Positions 42,599 through 52,426 of a DNA stretch of 62,035 nucleotides are shown piece by piece. Source of the stretch: an uncultured Clostridia bacterium (lineage in GTDB: Bacteria > Bacillota > Clostridia > Oscillospirales > Oscillospiraceae); the NCBI GenBank assembly GCA_946411475.1, contig CAMKED010000001.1, positions 1 to 62,035 on the forward strand, written 5' to 3'. Position numbers and translations under genes: made by a program. The notes beneath the pieces were generated by a model. The model searched no databases, was not told the DNA's origin, and saw only the letters and a list, made by a program, of their open reading frames with translations. The stretch's first letter is position 1. The number at the start of each line of letters is the position of its first letter.

Positions 42599-42853
42599 GT
42601 GATGCAAATGGACGAGATAAAGCCGCAGGGCTCAATCTACGACGTGATTCGACGAAGCATTCGCAGGTATCGAAAAGCACAGGGGATGACCTCGGCGGAG
42701 TTGGCTGAGTTGGCTGGCCTTTCCCATGTTTTCATTCGCCAGATTGAAAGCGAGAAAACAAGATATAACTTTTCTGTGGAGACGTTTTATACGATTTCGC
42801 AGGCACTTGGCGTTGGAATGGACGCCCTGGCCCAAGAAGCAGAGCCAAAATAG
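42599..42853 (+). CDS. XRE-family HTH transcriptional regulator (orphan)
   Basis: The 84-aa translation ...IRRYRKAQGMTSAELAELAGLSHVFIRQIESEK... is an HTH_3 type sequence. TATAAT at 42585-42590 lies only 8-17 nt before the candidate starts (GTG 42599, ATG 42602, ATG 42608), so the mRNA may be leaderless. Confidence 0.75.
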   Translation: MMQMDEIKPQGSIYDVIRRSIRRYRKAQGMTSAELAELAGLSHVFIRQIESEKTRYNFSVETFYTISQALGVGMDALAQEAEPK

Positions 42854-42891
42854 TCCGGGAACAGCACAGACGCTGCTCCCGGACATTTTTT
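42853..42891. terminator. Intrinsic terminator (bidirectional position)
   Basis: GTCCGGGAACAGCacagacGCTGCTCCCGGAC is followed by attttttg. Confidence 0.8.
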
Positions 42892-42918
42892 GTCAATTGT
42901 CACCTGTCACTTGTCACT
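42891..42918. repeat. TGTCAC stutter
   Basis: The sequence is tgtcaattgtcacctgtcacttgtcact. It contains the stop (tca at 42914-42916) of the transketolase C-terminal subunit gene. Confidence 0.8.
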
Positions 42919-43861
42919 TTTTCAATGCGACTGCCTTCCGGCACTTCTCGGCCAGCACTGCGGGGGTCAGACCGTAGTATTCCAGCACGGCGGCGGCGGT
43001 GCCGCTGCGGCCGAAGGTGTCGTTGACGCCGTGACGCACGACGGGAACGGGGCAGTTCTCGGCCACCAGCTCAGCCACAGCGCCGCCCAGGCCGCCCAGA
43101 ACGGAGGCCTCTTCGGAGGTGACAATGGCGCCGGTTTCCCGGGCTGCTTTCAAAACCAACTCCGCATCCAGGGGCTTGATGGTGTGCATATCGATGACGC
43201 GGGCGGAAATGCCCTCTGCTGCCAGTATCTCCCGGGCCTGGCGGGCCATGCCCACCATGATGCCGGTGGCGATGATCGTCACGTCGCTGCCGTCGGCAAT
43301 CGTGACGCCCTTCCCAAGCTCAAACTTGTAGTCAGACAGCTCGTCGGTGAAGATCTCGGTGGCGGAGCGGGCCAGACGGAGATAGGCGGGGCCGTCGTAG
43401 TTCAGCAGGGCTTCTACGGCCAGCCGCATTTCGTGACCGTCGCAGGGGCAAACCACAGTCATGCCGGGAATCTGCCGCATCAGGGCCAGGTCTTCGGTGC
43501 ACTGATGGGTGGCGCCGTCCTCGCCGACGGAGATGCCGCCGTGGGAGCCGACGACCTTGACGTTCAGATGGGGATAGGCGACGGAGTTGCGGACCTGCTC
43601 GTAAGAGCGGCCGGCAGCGAAGATGGCGAAGGTGTTGGTAAAGGGCTTCAAACCGGAGGCAGCCATGCCCGCGGCAATGCCGATCATGTTATTCTCCGCG
43701 ATACCGCAGTCGAAGAAGCGCTGGGGATAAGCGGCCCGGAAGTCCTTTGTCTGGGTGGCCATGGCCAGGTCTGCGTCCAGGACCATCAGTTCGGGGTACT
43801 TCTCGGCAAATTCTACCAGGGCCTTGCCGTAGGCAGCCCGCGTTGCAATTTTCCCTGCCAT
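42914..43861 (-). CDS. Transketolase, C-terminal (pyrimidine-binding) subunit
   Basis: The internal ATG at 43861 gives MAGKIATRAAYGKALVEFAEKYPELMVLDADLA...GIAENNMIGIAAG... Confidence 0.92.
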   Translation of the reverse strand: MAGKIATRAAYGKALVEFAEKYPELMVLDADLAMATQTKDFRAAYPQRFFDCGIAENNMIGIAAGMAASGLKPFTNTFAIFAAGRSYEQVRNSVAYPHLNVKVVGSHGGISVGEDGATHQCTEDLALMRQIPGMTVVCPCDGHEMRLAVEALLNYDGPAYLRLARSATEIFTDELSDYKFELGKGVTIADGSDVTIIATGIMVGMARQAREILAAEGISARVIDMHTIKPLDAELVLKAARETGAIVTSEEASVLGGLGGAVAELVAENCPVPVVRHGVNDTFGRSGTAAAVLEYYGLTPAVLAEKCRKAVALKK

Positions 43862-43862
43862 A

Positions 43863-44708
43863 TCATTTACCCTCCAGTTCTTTGATTTTGCGTTCCAGTT
43901 CTGCCTTTGCGATGGCAAACTCATCGTCGTTGGGGGCTTTTCCGTGCCAGCCGGCCTGGTTCTCCATGAAGGAGACGCCCTTGCCCTTGACGGTGGCCAT
44001 CAGAATGGCGGTGGGCTTTCCCTTTGTCCGCCGGGCTTCGGCCAGAGCGGCCAGGATCTGCGCGAAGTCGTGGCCGTCGATCTTGATCACGTGCCAGTTG
44101 AAGGCTTCCAGCTTTTTGTCCAGCGGCTCAGTGGGCATGACGTCCTTGGTGGCGCCGTCGATCTGCAGACCGTTCACGTCGATGAAGGCGCACAGATTGT
44201 CCAGCTTCCACTTGGCGGCGGCCATCATGGCCTCCCAGATCTGGCCTTCGGCCAGCTCGCCGTCACCGCAGATGGCATAGGTGCGCCAAAGCTTGCCGGT
44301 GATTTTAGCGGTCATCGCCATGCCGACGGCAGCGGAGAGACCCTGCCCCAGAGAACCGGTGGACATGTCCACGCCGGGGACGTTCCGCATGTCGGGGTGA
44401 CCGGAAAGATGGGCCTTGATGGAGCGCAGGAGCTGGAGATCCTCCACCGGGAAGAAGCCCTGCATGGCCAGCACTGCGTAGAGAGCCGGCGCGCAGTGTC
44501 CCTTTGACAGGACGAAGCGGTCACGGTCTTCCCAGTTGGGATTATGCGGGTCGACGTTCATCTCGTTGAAGTAGAGAACAGTCAGCGCGTCCGCGCAGGA
44601 GAGGGAGCCGCCGGGGTGGCCGGAGGCGGCACGGTGGACGGCGTCCACCGCCAGCAGCCTTGCCTTGTAGGCCGTGACGGCCAGGTCTTTGCCGAACAGT
44701 TTTTCCAT
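43863..44708 (-). CDS. Transketolase, N-terminal (TPP-binding) subunit
   Basis: 281 aa. It shows ...SGHPGGSLSCADALTVLYF... and ...GDGELAEGQIWEA... Confidence 0.92.
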   Translation of the reverse strand: MEKLFGKDLAVTAYKARLLAVDAVHRAASGHPGGSLSCADALTVLYFNEMNVDPHNPNWEDRDRFVLSKGHCAPALYAVLAMQGFFPVEDLQLLRSIKAHLSGHPDMRNVPGVDMSTGSLGQGLSAAVGMAMTAKITGKLWRTYAICGDGELAEGQIWEAMMAAAKWKLDNLCAFIDVNGLQIDGATKDVMPTEPLDKKLEAFNWHVIKIDGHDFAQILAALAEARRTKGKPTAILMATVKGKGVSFMENQAGWHGKAPNDDEFAIAKAELERKIKELEGK

Positions 44709-44751
44709 AGTATCCTTCCTTTGTGTCTGTATTGATGGTTTCAGATTTGAA

Positions 44752-46659
44752 TTACTCTTCGTAAAGGAATTCCGTTTGCCAATAATAGGAGAGAGTTTGC
44801 ATGAGGTGATATTTTTCCGAGTGCGTCCCCGGAATAGCGGTAGAAAGCACGCCGTTGACGCTCACTCGGCCCTTTGTGGAGTAGACCGGGAAATCGGCCA
44901 TCATATCCGCCATGGCTTGCAGATAGACGGGGCCGTCGCCCCAGCCCAGCGTGTCGAAGAGGACGTTCATCAGGTAGCAGGGAGATATGGTGGGACCGTT
45001 CTGCAATTCCTTTCCTGCAAAGCCGAACAGCGAGCGGGCAGCGTCGTTCATCCAGATCACGTAATCCGTGGAATAATAGTTAAAGAAGCCTTGCTCGGTG
45101 GCGAGATCCACATCCATGCCAAAGTGCTCGTAGGCGGCGGTGGTGTAGTTGTTGATGTCTTTGCCCAGCGTGGCCTTGTGGTCGCCGTAGAGCAGCAGGA
45201 CGATGGGCCGTTCACTGGCCCGGAAGCGCTCGATCAGCACGGACAGCTCTTCGTCGCGTCTGGCGCAGCAGCCGAGATAGTTGTTCATGGCGTAGCCGTC
45301 CGGGGTGCGCGCGTCCTTACGGACGTAGCGGCTCGCGTACTTGTTGGAGTTGTAGTAGTATGGGCCGTGCCCCTCGTAGGTGACGGAGAAATTGAAATAG
45401 GGGCTGTCATTGGTTTCCAGATGCGCCTGATATTGCTCCCAAATCACGTCGAAGAGTACGTCGTCGTTCGCGATGTTCTCCGCGCCGACCAGCTCGTCAA
45501 AGCCGTCTTCCCGGAAGCGGTAGCTGTCAAAGCCCAGATAACGGTCTACGTTCAGACGGTTGTAGAACCAACCGTTGAAGGGGTGCGCGCCTTCGGTGCG
45601 GTAGCCCTGCTGCCGCAGATACCAGAGGTAGGAGTTGGTGGGTTTCCGCCAATCCTTCAGCGTGTAGTTGCCGGTTAGGAAGCAGCGCTCCGCGTCCTTG
45701 GTGTTGCCGCCGAAGCCGTTGGTGACCAGGGAACCGAGCATCACGGCGTCGTCCACCAGTGCGTGGTAATCGTCGTAGCAGGAAAAATCCAGGGCTTCCT
45801 TGTTGCACTCCAGTTTGGAGAGGTCTGCGTAGCTTTCCCGCATGATGACGAAGACGTCCGCCTTCCTCTCGGCGGGAATGTCCGTCTCGGTGTATTGGGC
45901 CAGAGTTTGTTCCGCCTTGGACTTGGAATAATCCGAAGGCCTGCCGCTGGCCGTGAAGGCGGAGCGGGTGAAGGAAAAGACCACGCCGCGGGAAGCGTAA
46001 ATCTCGGTGACCGACCAGGTATTTACGTGGTCGTAGTGCTTGGTCAGATTCAGCATTTCTCCGGAGCAGGCGGCTACCAGAGAAAGGGTCAGCACAGCGG
46101 CAGCCGCTGTCAATCCGATCACGCGGCCCATGTTCCAGCGCGGCTTCCAGCGGCTCAGCAGGGCCAGCAGCACCGTGAAGCCCAGCGCGCCGCCCACGGC
46201 GATCATAAGCCGGGGGCTCAGCTCCAGCTCATAGCCCTGCGTCCCGGTGATGGCCAGCGCCTCTCGCAGGCAGGTGATGTCCTGGAATTCCAGCGGATCG
46301 GAGCGGATGATAATCAGATAATAGTTCCCGATTGCCACGCCGAGCCAAATCAGGGCGGTGAGCAGATAGGCGATCCAGGCCCGCCCGATCAAGGCAAAGA
46401 AAACCAGGCAGAAAGCGAAAATCAGGGCAAAATTGATCAAGGGGATCCAGAGATCCTCCCAGTAGCCCAGCCAGATTTCCGGGTTCAGACTGCTGTAAGA
46501 CAGCCGCAGCGTGAAGTAGGTCAGCGCCGCGCAGCCGACCAGCAGCAGAAGGAGCTGCCAGAGAACGAAAAAAACGCGCTTCTGCTCCGGCAGCCGTTTT
46601 TGAAGCACCAAGACCGGCTCCGTTTGCTTTTTCTTTTGGTTTCGTTCCTTTTTTGCCAT
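44752..46659 (-). CDS. LTA synthase family protein (membrane-anchored sulfatase-fold enzyme)
   Basis: 635 aa with 5 N-terminal TM segments and an extracellular alkaline-phosphatase/sulfatase-like domain. Confidence 0.75.
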   Translation of the reverse strand: MAKKERNQKKKQTEPVLVLQKRLPEQKRVFFVLWQLLLLLVGCAALTYFTLRLSYSSLNPEIWLGYWEDLWIPLINFALIFAFCLVFFALIGRAWIAYLLTALIWLGVAIGNYYLIIIRSDPLEFQDITCLREALAITGTQGYELELSPRLMIAVGGALGFTVLLALLSRWKPRWNMGRVIGLTAAAAVLTLSLVAACSGEMLNLTKHYDHVNTWSVTEIYASRGVVFSFTRSAFTASGRPSDYSKSKAEQTLAQYTETDIPAERKADVFVIMRESYADLSKLECNKEALDFSCYDDYHALVDDAVMLGSLVTNGFGGNTKDAERCFLTGNYTLKDWRKPTNSYLWYLRQQGYRTEGAHPFNGWFYNRLNVDRYLGFDSYRFREDGFDELVGAENIANDDVLFDVIWEQYQAHLETNDSPYFNFSVTYEGHGPYYYNSNKYASRYVRKDARTPDGYAMNNYLGCCARRDEELSVLIERFRASERPIVLLLYGDHKATLGKDINNYTTAAYEHFGMDVDLATEQGFFNYYSTDYVIWMNDAARSLFGFAGKELQNGPTISPCYLMNVLFDTLGWGDGPVYLQAMADMMADFPVYSTKGRVSVNGVLSTAIPGTHSEKYHLMQTLSYYWQTEFLYEE

Positions 46660-46675
46660 AGGTTGCCTTCCTCGT

Positions 46676-46893
46676 TTTGGGTTCAGAGTTCAGAGTCCGT
46701 AGGGACGAGCATTGCTCGTCCGTGGTTCAGAGTTCAGGGTTCAGAGTTCAGGGTATGACCTCCCCTGCTTGCAGGGGAGGGGGACCGCCTCAAGGCGGTG
46801 GAGGGGTGGCTGTTGTATGTAATTGCTTCCGTAGGGTTCAGAGTTCAGGGTTCAGAGTTCAGAGTCCGTCCCCTGTTGCCGATTGCCTTGTCA
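46676..46893. repeat. Mosaic block: TCAGRGT stutter, GTAGGGAC palindrome, inverted 90-nt element, CTGTTGCC stutter
   Basis: gggttcagagttcagagtcc is followed by GTAGGGACGAGCATTGCTCGTCC (46699-46721) and another stutter. The inverted copy of the 12081-12170 element lies at 46751-46840 (86/90 identical by eye). A further stutter and ccctgttgccgattgccttgtcacc follow. Confidence 0.9.
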
Positions 46894-48072
46894 CCGCTTC
46901 TTTGCCAGCGGCTCGCTCTTTTCCTGCGCCTCCTGGAGCAGGCCAATGATCTGATTGGAGACCAAAAACCCCTTCGGCGTCAGGATCCAGCGTCCGTCGG
47001 CCTGGTAGAACAGATCCCGCTGCGCCAGCGGCGTGATGGCCTCCAACAGCGGCTCAAAGGGCATGAGATAATTCTTTTCATACTCCTCCGGGGAGATGCC
47101 CTGTGTGGTCCGCAGCCGCAGCATGACGTATTCTCCGGCCCGCTCCCGGGCAGGAATGGCGTCACATTCGGAGAGAATGGGAATGTCCTGCTTCAACACG
47201 CCGCGGATATAAGTCTGAATATCGCGAACGTAGGTGTAGCGTTTGCCGGCGAAGTCTGAGGCCGCGGCGGGGCCGAAGCCGATGTATTCGTCCCCCAGCC
47301 AGTATTTGAGATTGTGACGGGACTCGAAGCCCGGCTTTGCAAAATTGGAAATCTCATACTGTCGGTAACCGGCTTCGTCAAGGATCGACACGGCGTCCAG
47401 ATACATCTCTGCCTGCAGCTCGTCGGAGGGCAGATTCGCGGCGTCCTTATACTCCCAGAGCGGTGTGCCCTCTTCCACCTTGAGCCCGTAGCAGGAGATA
47501 TGCTCCGGCTTCAGCTCCAGCACGTGGAGGAGGGTCTCCTTCCACTGCGGCGCGGTCTGATTCGGCAGTCCGTACATCAGATCGACGGAGACGTTGTCAA
47601 AACCGCACTTCCGGGCGGCATGCACGGCTGCCCGGGCCTGCTCGTAGTTGTGGGGCCTGCCCAGCTTTTGCAGCACGTCGTCGCGGTCAGACTGTACGCC
47701 GAGGGACATCCGGTTGAAGCCCTCGGAACGGAGCTTTTTCAACAGGGAATCCGTCACGGAGTCAGGGTTGGCCTCAAAGGTGATCTCCGCGTTTTTGTCC
47801 ACGCGGAAGCGATGCTGCAGCTCGGCGAAGATGCGGCGCAGGCTGTCCGCGCCGAAGAAGGAGGGGGTTCCGCCGCCGAAGTAGACGGTGTCTACCACGT
47901 AATCCGTGGCGCGGGCCCCGCATTCCTTGAAGTGGACCGCCAGCGCCTGCAGATAGTTGTCCACCAGCCGCCGATCCCGGCTGCCGCCGATGGAGTAGAA
48001 GTCGCAGTACTGACACTTGCTGCGGCAAAAGGGAATGTGGATGTAGATGCCCAAGGGCTTTAGTACGTTCAT
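46891..48072 (-). CDS. hemW: Radical SAM heme chaperone HemW (HemN-like)
   Basis: 393 aa. MNVLKPLGIYIHIPFCRSKCQYCDFYS... contains the CxxxCxxC motif. It lies downstream of lepA, as in many bacteria. Confidence 0.9.
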   Translation of the reverse strand: MNVLKPLGIYIHIPFCRSKCQYCDFYSIGGSRDRRLVDNYLQALAVHFKECGARATDYVVDTVYFGGGTPSFFGADSLRRIFAELQHRFRVDKNAEITFEANPDSVTDSLLKKLRSEGFNRMSLGVQSDRDDVLQKLGRPHNYEQARAAVHAARKCGFDNVSVDLMYGLPNQTAPQWKETLLHVLELKPEHISCYGLKVEEGTPLWEYKDAANLPSDELQAEMYLDAVSILDEAGYRQYEISNFAKPGFESRHNLKYWLGDEYIGFGPAAASDFAGKRYTYVRDIQTYIRGVLKQDIPILSECDAIPARERAGEYVMLRLRTTQGISPEEYEKNYLMPFEPLLEAITPLAQRDLFYQADGRWILTPKGFLVSNQIIGLLQEAQEKSEPLAKKR

Positions 48073-48094
48073 TGTTTACGCTCCTGTGAAGGAA

Positions 48095-48387
48095 TGAAGT
48101 ATTGCCTGGAGGCAATATGAAGTATTCCTTCGGAATATGAAGGATCTCTTTTGGAGAGATATGAAGTATGTGCGACGCGCATATCTGGAAGCAAGGGAAG
48201 GTGTCTCGTGGAAAGTCGTAGGGATGAGCAGTGCTCGTCCGGCATTCGTACCCAGTCGGATCGCCCCGAGAGCGGACAAGCAGTGCTTGTCCCTACATCC
48301 GGAAAGATATGGCGCAGCTATACTTCATAAGCAAAGTGTCTTCATACGGCGAAGCCGTACTTCACATTTGCGTCAGCAAATACTTCA
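48095..48387. repeat. Composite palindrome: 4 GAAGTAT units, a GTAGGGA REPIN-like doublet, then 4 inverted units
   Basis: TGAAGTAT/TGAAGGAT occurs at 48095, 48118, 48138 and 48162. GTAGGGATGAGCAGTGCTCGTCC (48218-48240) and the inverted GGACAAGCAGTGCTTGTCCCTAC (48274-48296) sit in the centre. ATACTTCA-type units follow at 48320, 48338 (degenerate), 48357 and 48380. Confidence 0.9.
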
Positions 48388-48391
48388 TTTC

Positions 48392-50197
<1,806 letters not shown>

Positions 50198-50243
50198 ATC
50201 ATAATCCCTCAAAACAGGCATTCTATCCCTTATAATCCACCAC

Positions 50244-50272
50244 ATTATAGCAGACAAAGCCCGGTTTGTAAA
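50244..50272 (-). promoter_or_regulatory. Putative lepA promoter
   Basis: On the minus strand: TTTACA (50272-50267), 17 nt, TATAAT (50249-50244). Confidence 0.55.
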
Positions 50273-50328
50273 GGCCAAAAAAGCTGTTGCGGCGCGCTTC
50301 GGCAGCGGCGCGGGACCCGCTTCCCCGC

Positions 50329-50506
50329 CTGTCATTCTGAACGAAGTGAAGAATCCGTACCCCCGCGGCAAGCCGCAGGCGTAAATGAATCCTGAAAAAC
50401 GAAAAACTGTAAAATGAAGAATGGGGGTATTCTCAAATTGCCATTTGAGAATGAATTGAAATAGAGACGAGGGACGCGGATTCTTCGCGTTGCTCAGAAT
50501 GACAGG
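50329..50506. repeat. MITE-like element bounded by inverted GTCATTCTGA...GAAGAATCCG units
   Basis: The left end is cctgtcattctgaacgaagtgaagaatccg (50329-50358). The right end is cggattcttcgcgttgctcagaatgacagg (50477-50506). The interior holds a GC hairpin CCGCGGCAAGCCGCAGG and the AT hairpin ATTCTCAAATtgccATTTGAGAAT (50429-50452). Confidence 0.8.
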
Positions 50507-50554
50507 CACTGAAACGCCCGTGGGTTTTATTATTTTTCAAAAATGAAAAAGCTC

Positions 50555-50610
50555 TTGACATTCTCGATAATCGAGAATATAATACAGACAGTCAAACTCG
50601 AATATCGAGA
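50555..50610 (+). promoter_or_regulatory. padR promoter with two palindromic operators
   Basis: TTGACA (50555-50560), 17 nt, TATAAT (50578-50583). ATTCTCGAT-A-ATCGAGAAT (50560-50578) fills the spacer. A second CTCGA-ATA-TCGAG lies at 50596-50610, just before the RBS ggagg. Confidence 0.75.
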
Positions 50611-50623
50611 TTGGAGGTCTGAC

Positions 50624-50947
50624 ATGGCGCGAGAGAAATTCAAAACCCTGACGGAGCAGATGTTCTACACCCTGCTCTGCCTGCGGGAGGTCTGCTACGG
50701 CATGGACATCCTCGACCGCGTTCCGGCCATGACGAACCGCCGGGTGAACATCGGCTCCGGCACGCTCTACACCCTGCTGGAGCAGTTCTTGGACGCGGAG
50801 ATGATCCGGGAGGTCGGCGTGGAGGGCCGAAAGCGCAGCTATATCCTCACGGAAAAAGGAGAAGAAATGCTGAAAACCGAATGCGAGCGCATGGCGGCCC
50901 AGCTCGCGGATTATCAGCGCATCTTTGGAAAGGAGAACAAGAAATGA
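50624..50947 (+). CDS. PadR family transcriptional regulator
   Basis: The internal ATG at 50624 gives ...YGMDILDRV......GSGTLYTLLEQFLDAEMIREVGVEGRKRSYILTEKGEEML, a PadR winged helix. Confidence 0.85.
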   Translation: MAREKFKTLTEQMFYTLLCLREVCYGMDILDRVPAMTNRRVNIGSGTLYTLLEQFLDAEMIREVGVEGRKRSYILTEKGEEMLKTECERMAAQLADYQRIFGKENKK

Positions 50948-52368
50948 AACAGACCAAACGAAGCCTCGCGCTCTTTGGCTTTTTTGACCGCGACGGCATC
51001 GAGGCCTGGCTCGAGCGGCAGGCCGAGAAGGGCTGGCTCTTGGAGCGTGTGAGCGAGCTGTTCTGGCATTTTCGCCGGATCGAGCCGAAAAAACTGCATT
51101 TTTCTCTGGTCTATGACCCCAATGGCTCTGTATTTGACGCCAGGCCCACGGAAGCGCAGTTGGAGTTTCAGGATTTTTGCGCGCACACGGGCTGGAAGCT
51201 GGCGGCCTTCAACGCCCAAATGCAGATCTATTACAACGAATCCGCTGCGCCGACGCCCATCGAGACCGATGAGCTGCTGGAGCTGCCCGCGATTCGGACG
51301 TCGATCCGAAAGCACTACCTGCCGATGTTTTCCATCTTCACCTTTGACGCGATCTTCTTTTGCGCGCTCTTTTTCTTCCGCCTGTCCTACGATCCCCTTG
51401 CCGTCCTGACGAACACGTCCTATCTGCTTTTTGGCCTGTGCGCCATGCTGATGCTGGTCGGTTCGGCGGTAGATTTGATCAGCTTTTTGTGCTGGCGGCG
51501 GCAGGCCGGGCGGGCGATCGGGCAGGGAGGCGCGCTTCCCAAAACCAGACGGGTCTTTCCGTGCCGTTACGCGATTCTGCTCCTGCTGTTGCTGTGTTCG
51601 GTATTTATGCTGGCCTCCTTTGCAGAGCAGCTTCATTTGAAGACCGGCATCCGTTTTGCGATCCTGAGCTTTGTCGGCATGCTGGGTGGGGCAGGCTGTA
51701 TTGTTCTGACCTTCGAGCTGATCAAGAGGCGGAGGATGTCGAGGCGGAAGAATCGAATCCTTGCGATCTCCCTTGTCCTTTTATATTCGGTAGGCTTCGC
51801 TGCGTTTCTGATCGGGATGATCTTTCACCAGCTTCCGTCCGGGCGGCTGTCAAGTACTCCGGCGGAGACTTACGAATACAGGGGACACAGCTTTGCGGTC
51901 TACCGCGATGAGATTCCGCTGACCATCGAGGACTTGATGGATCCGGGCTACGATCTGTATTCTTATGAGCTCCACTATAACGAGGCTTCTGTGCTTTTGG
52001 AGTTTTTGCAGGCGGAGCAAAGTCCCTGCTGGGACGCCCTTGCCGAGCCGGCCCTGAGCTACAGCGTCACCACGGTCAAGCTGCCGTTGCTGTACGACTG
52101 GTGCAGGGATCTGAACCTTGCGGATATTTCTACCCTCACAGGACATATCCGGGTCAGCTACGAGGACGACCCGCCCGACCGCTTTATCCGGGTGGATCCC
52201 GGCCCGTGGCAGGCGAACGAGGCCTATCAGCGCATGTTTGACGACGAGCCGGATAGCTGGTTCGTGCTCTGCTATGACGAGCGCATCGTGCGGATCATCT
52301 TCGACGGAGACGATTGGACGCTGAACGACGCGCAAAAGCGCCTGGTTGGGGAGACACTCGGAAAATAA
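50944..52368 (+). CDS. DUF2812 domain-containing membrane protein
   Basis: An ATGA overlap joins it to padR. MKQTKRSLALFGFFDRDGIEAWLERQAEKGWLLERVSELFWHFRRIEPKKLHF... is a typical DUF2812 N-terminus. It also has 5-6 TM segments and a C-terminal domain. Confidence 0.7.
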   Translation: MKQTKRSLALFGFFDRDGIEAWLERQAEKGWLLERVSELFWHFRRIEPKKLHFSLVYDPNGSVFDARPTEAQLEFQDFCAHTGWKLAAFNAQMQIYYNESAAPTPIETDELLELPAIRTSIRKHYLPMFSIFTFDAIFFCALFFFRLSYDPLAVLTNTSYLLFGLCAMLMLVGSAVDLISFLCWRRQAGRAIGQGGALPKTRRVFPCRYAILLLLLLCSVFMLASFAEQLHLKTGIRFAILSFVGMLGGAGCIVLTFELIKRRRMSRRKNRILAISLVLLYSVGFAAFLIGMIFHQLPSGRLSSTPAETYEYRGHSFAVYRDEIPLTIEDLMDPGYDLYSYELHYNEASVLLEFLQAEQSPCWDALAEPALSYSVTTVKLPLLYDWCRDLNLADISTLTGHIRVSYEDDPPDRFIRVDPGPWQANEAYQRMFDDEPDSWFVLCYDERIVRIIFDGDDWTLNDAQKRLVGETLGK

Positions 52369-52376
52369 GAAAGAAG

Positions 52377-52421
52377 CCCGCCGCGCCGCGTCCAAATCGG
52401 ACGCGGCGCGGCGGATTTTTG
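52377..52421. terminator. Bidirectional intrinsic terminator
   Basis: CCGCCGCGCCGCGTCCaaatcGGACGCGGCGCGGCGG is followed by attttt. Confidence 0.8.
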
Positions 52422-52426
52422 AACGT

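Noticed and set aside
50198-50509. N-terminal extensions of ORFs into repeat blocks (lepA to 50509, thiI to 61103, comFC to 3961, HMA gene from 6282, hutD-like from 32204, larE to 54197).
   Set aside because: Internal ATGs with good RBSs reproduce the canonical N-termini. The upstream extensions translate repeat DNA (for example VILSNAKNP and PSPQGEGY).
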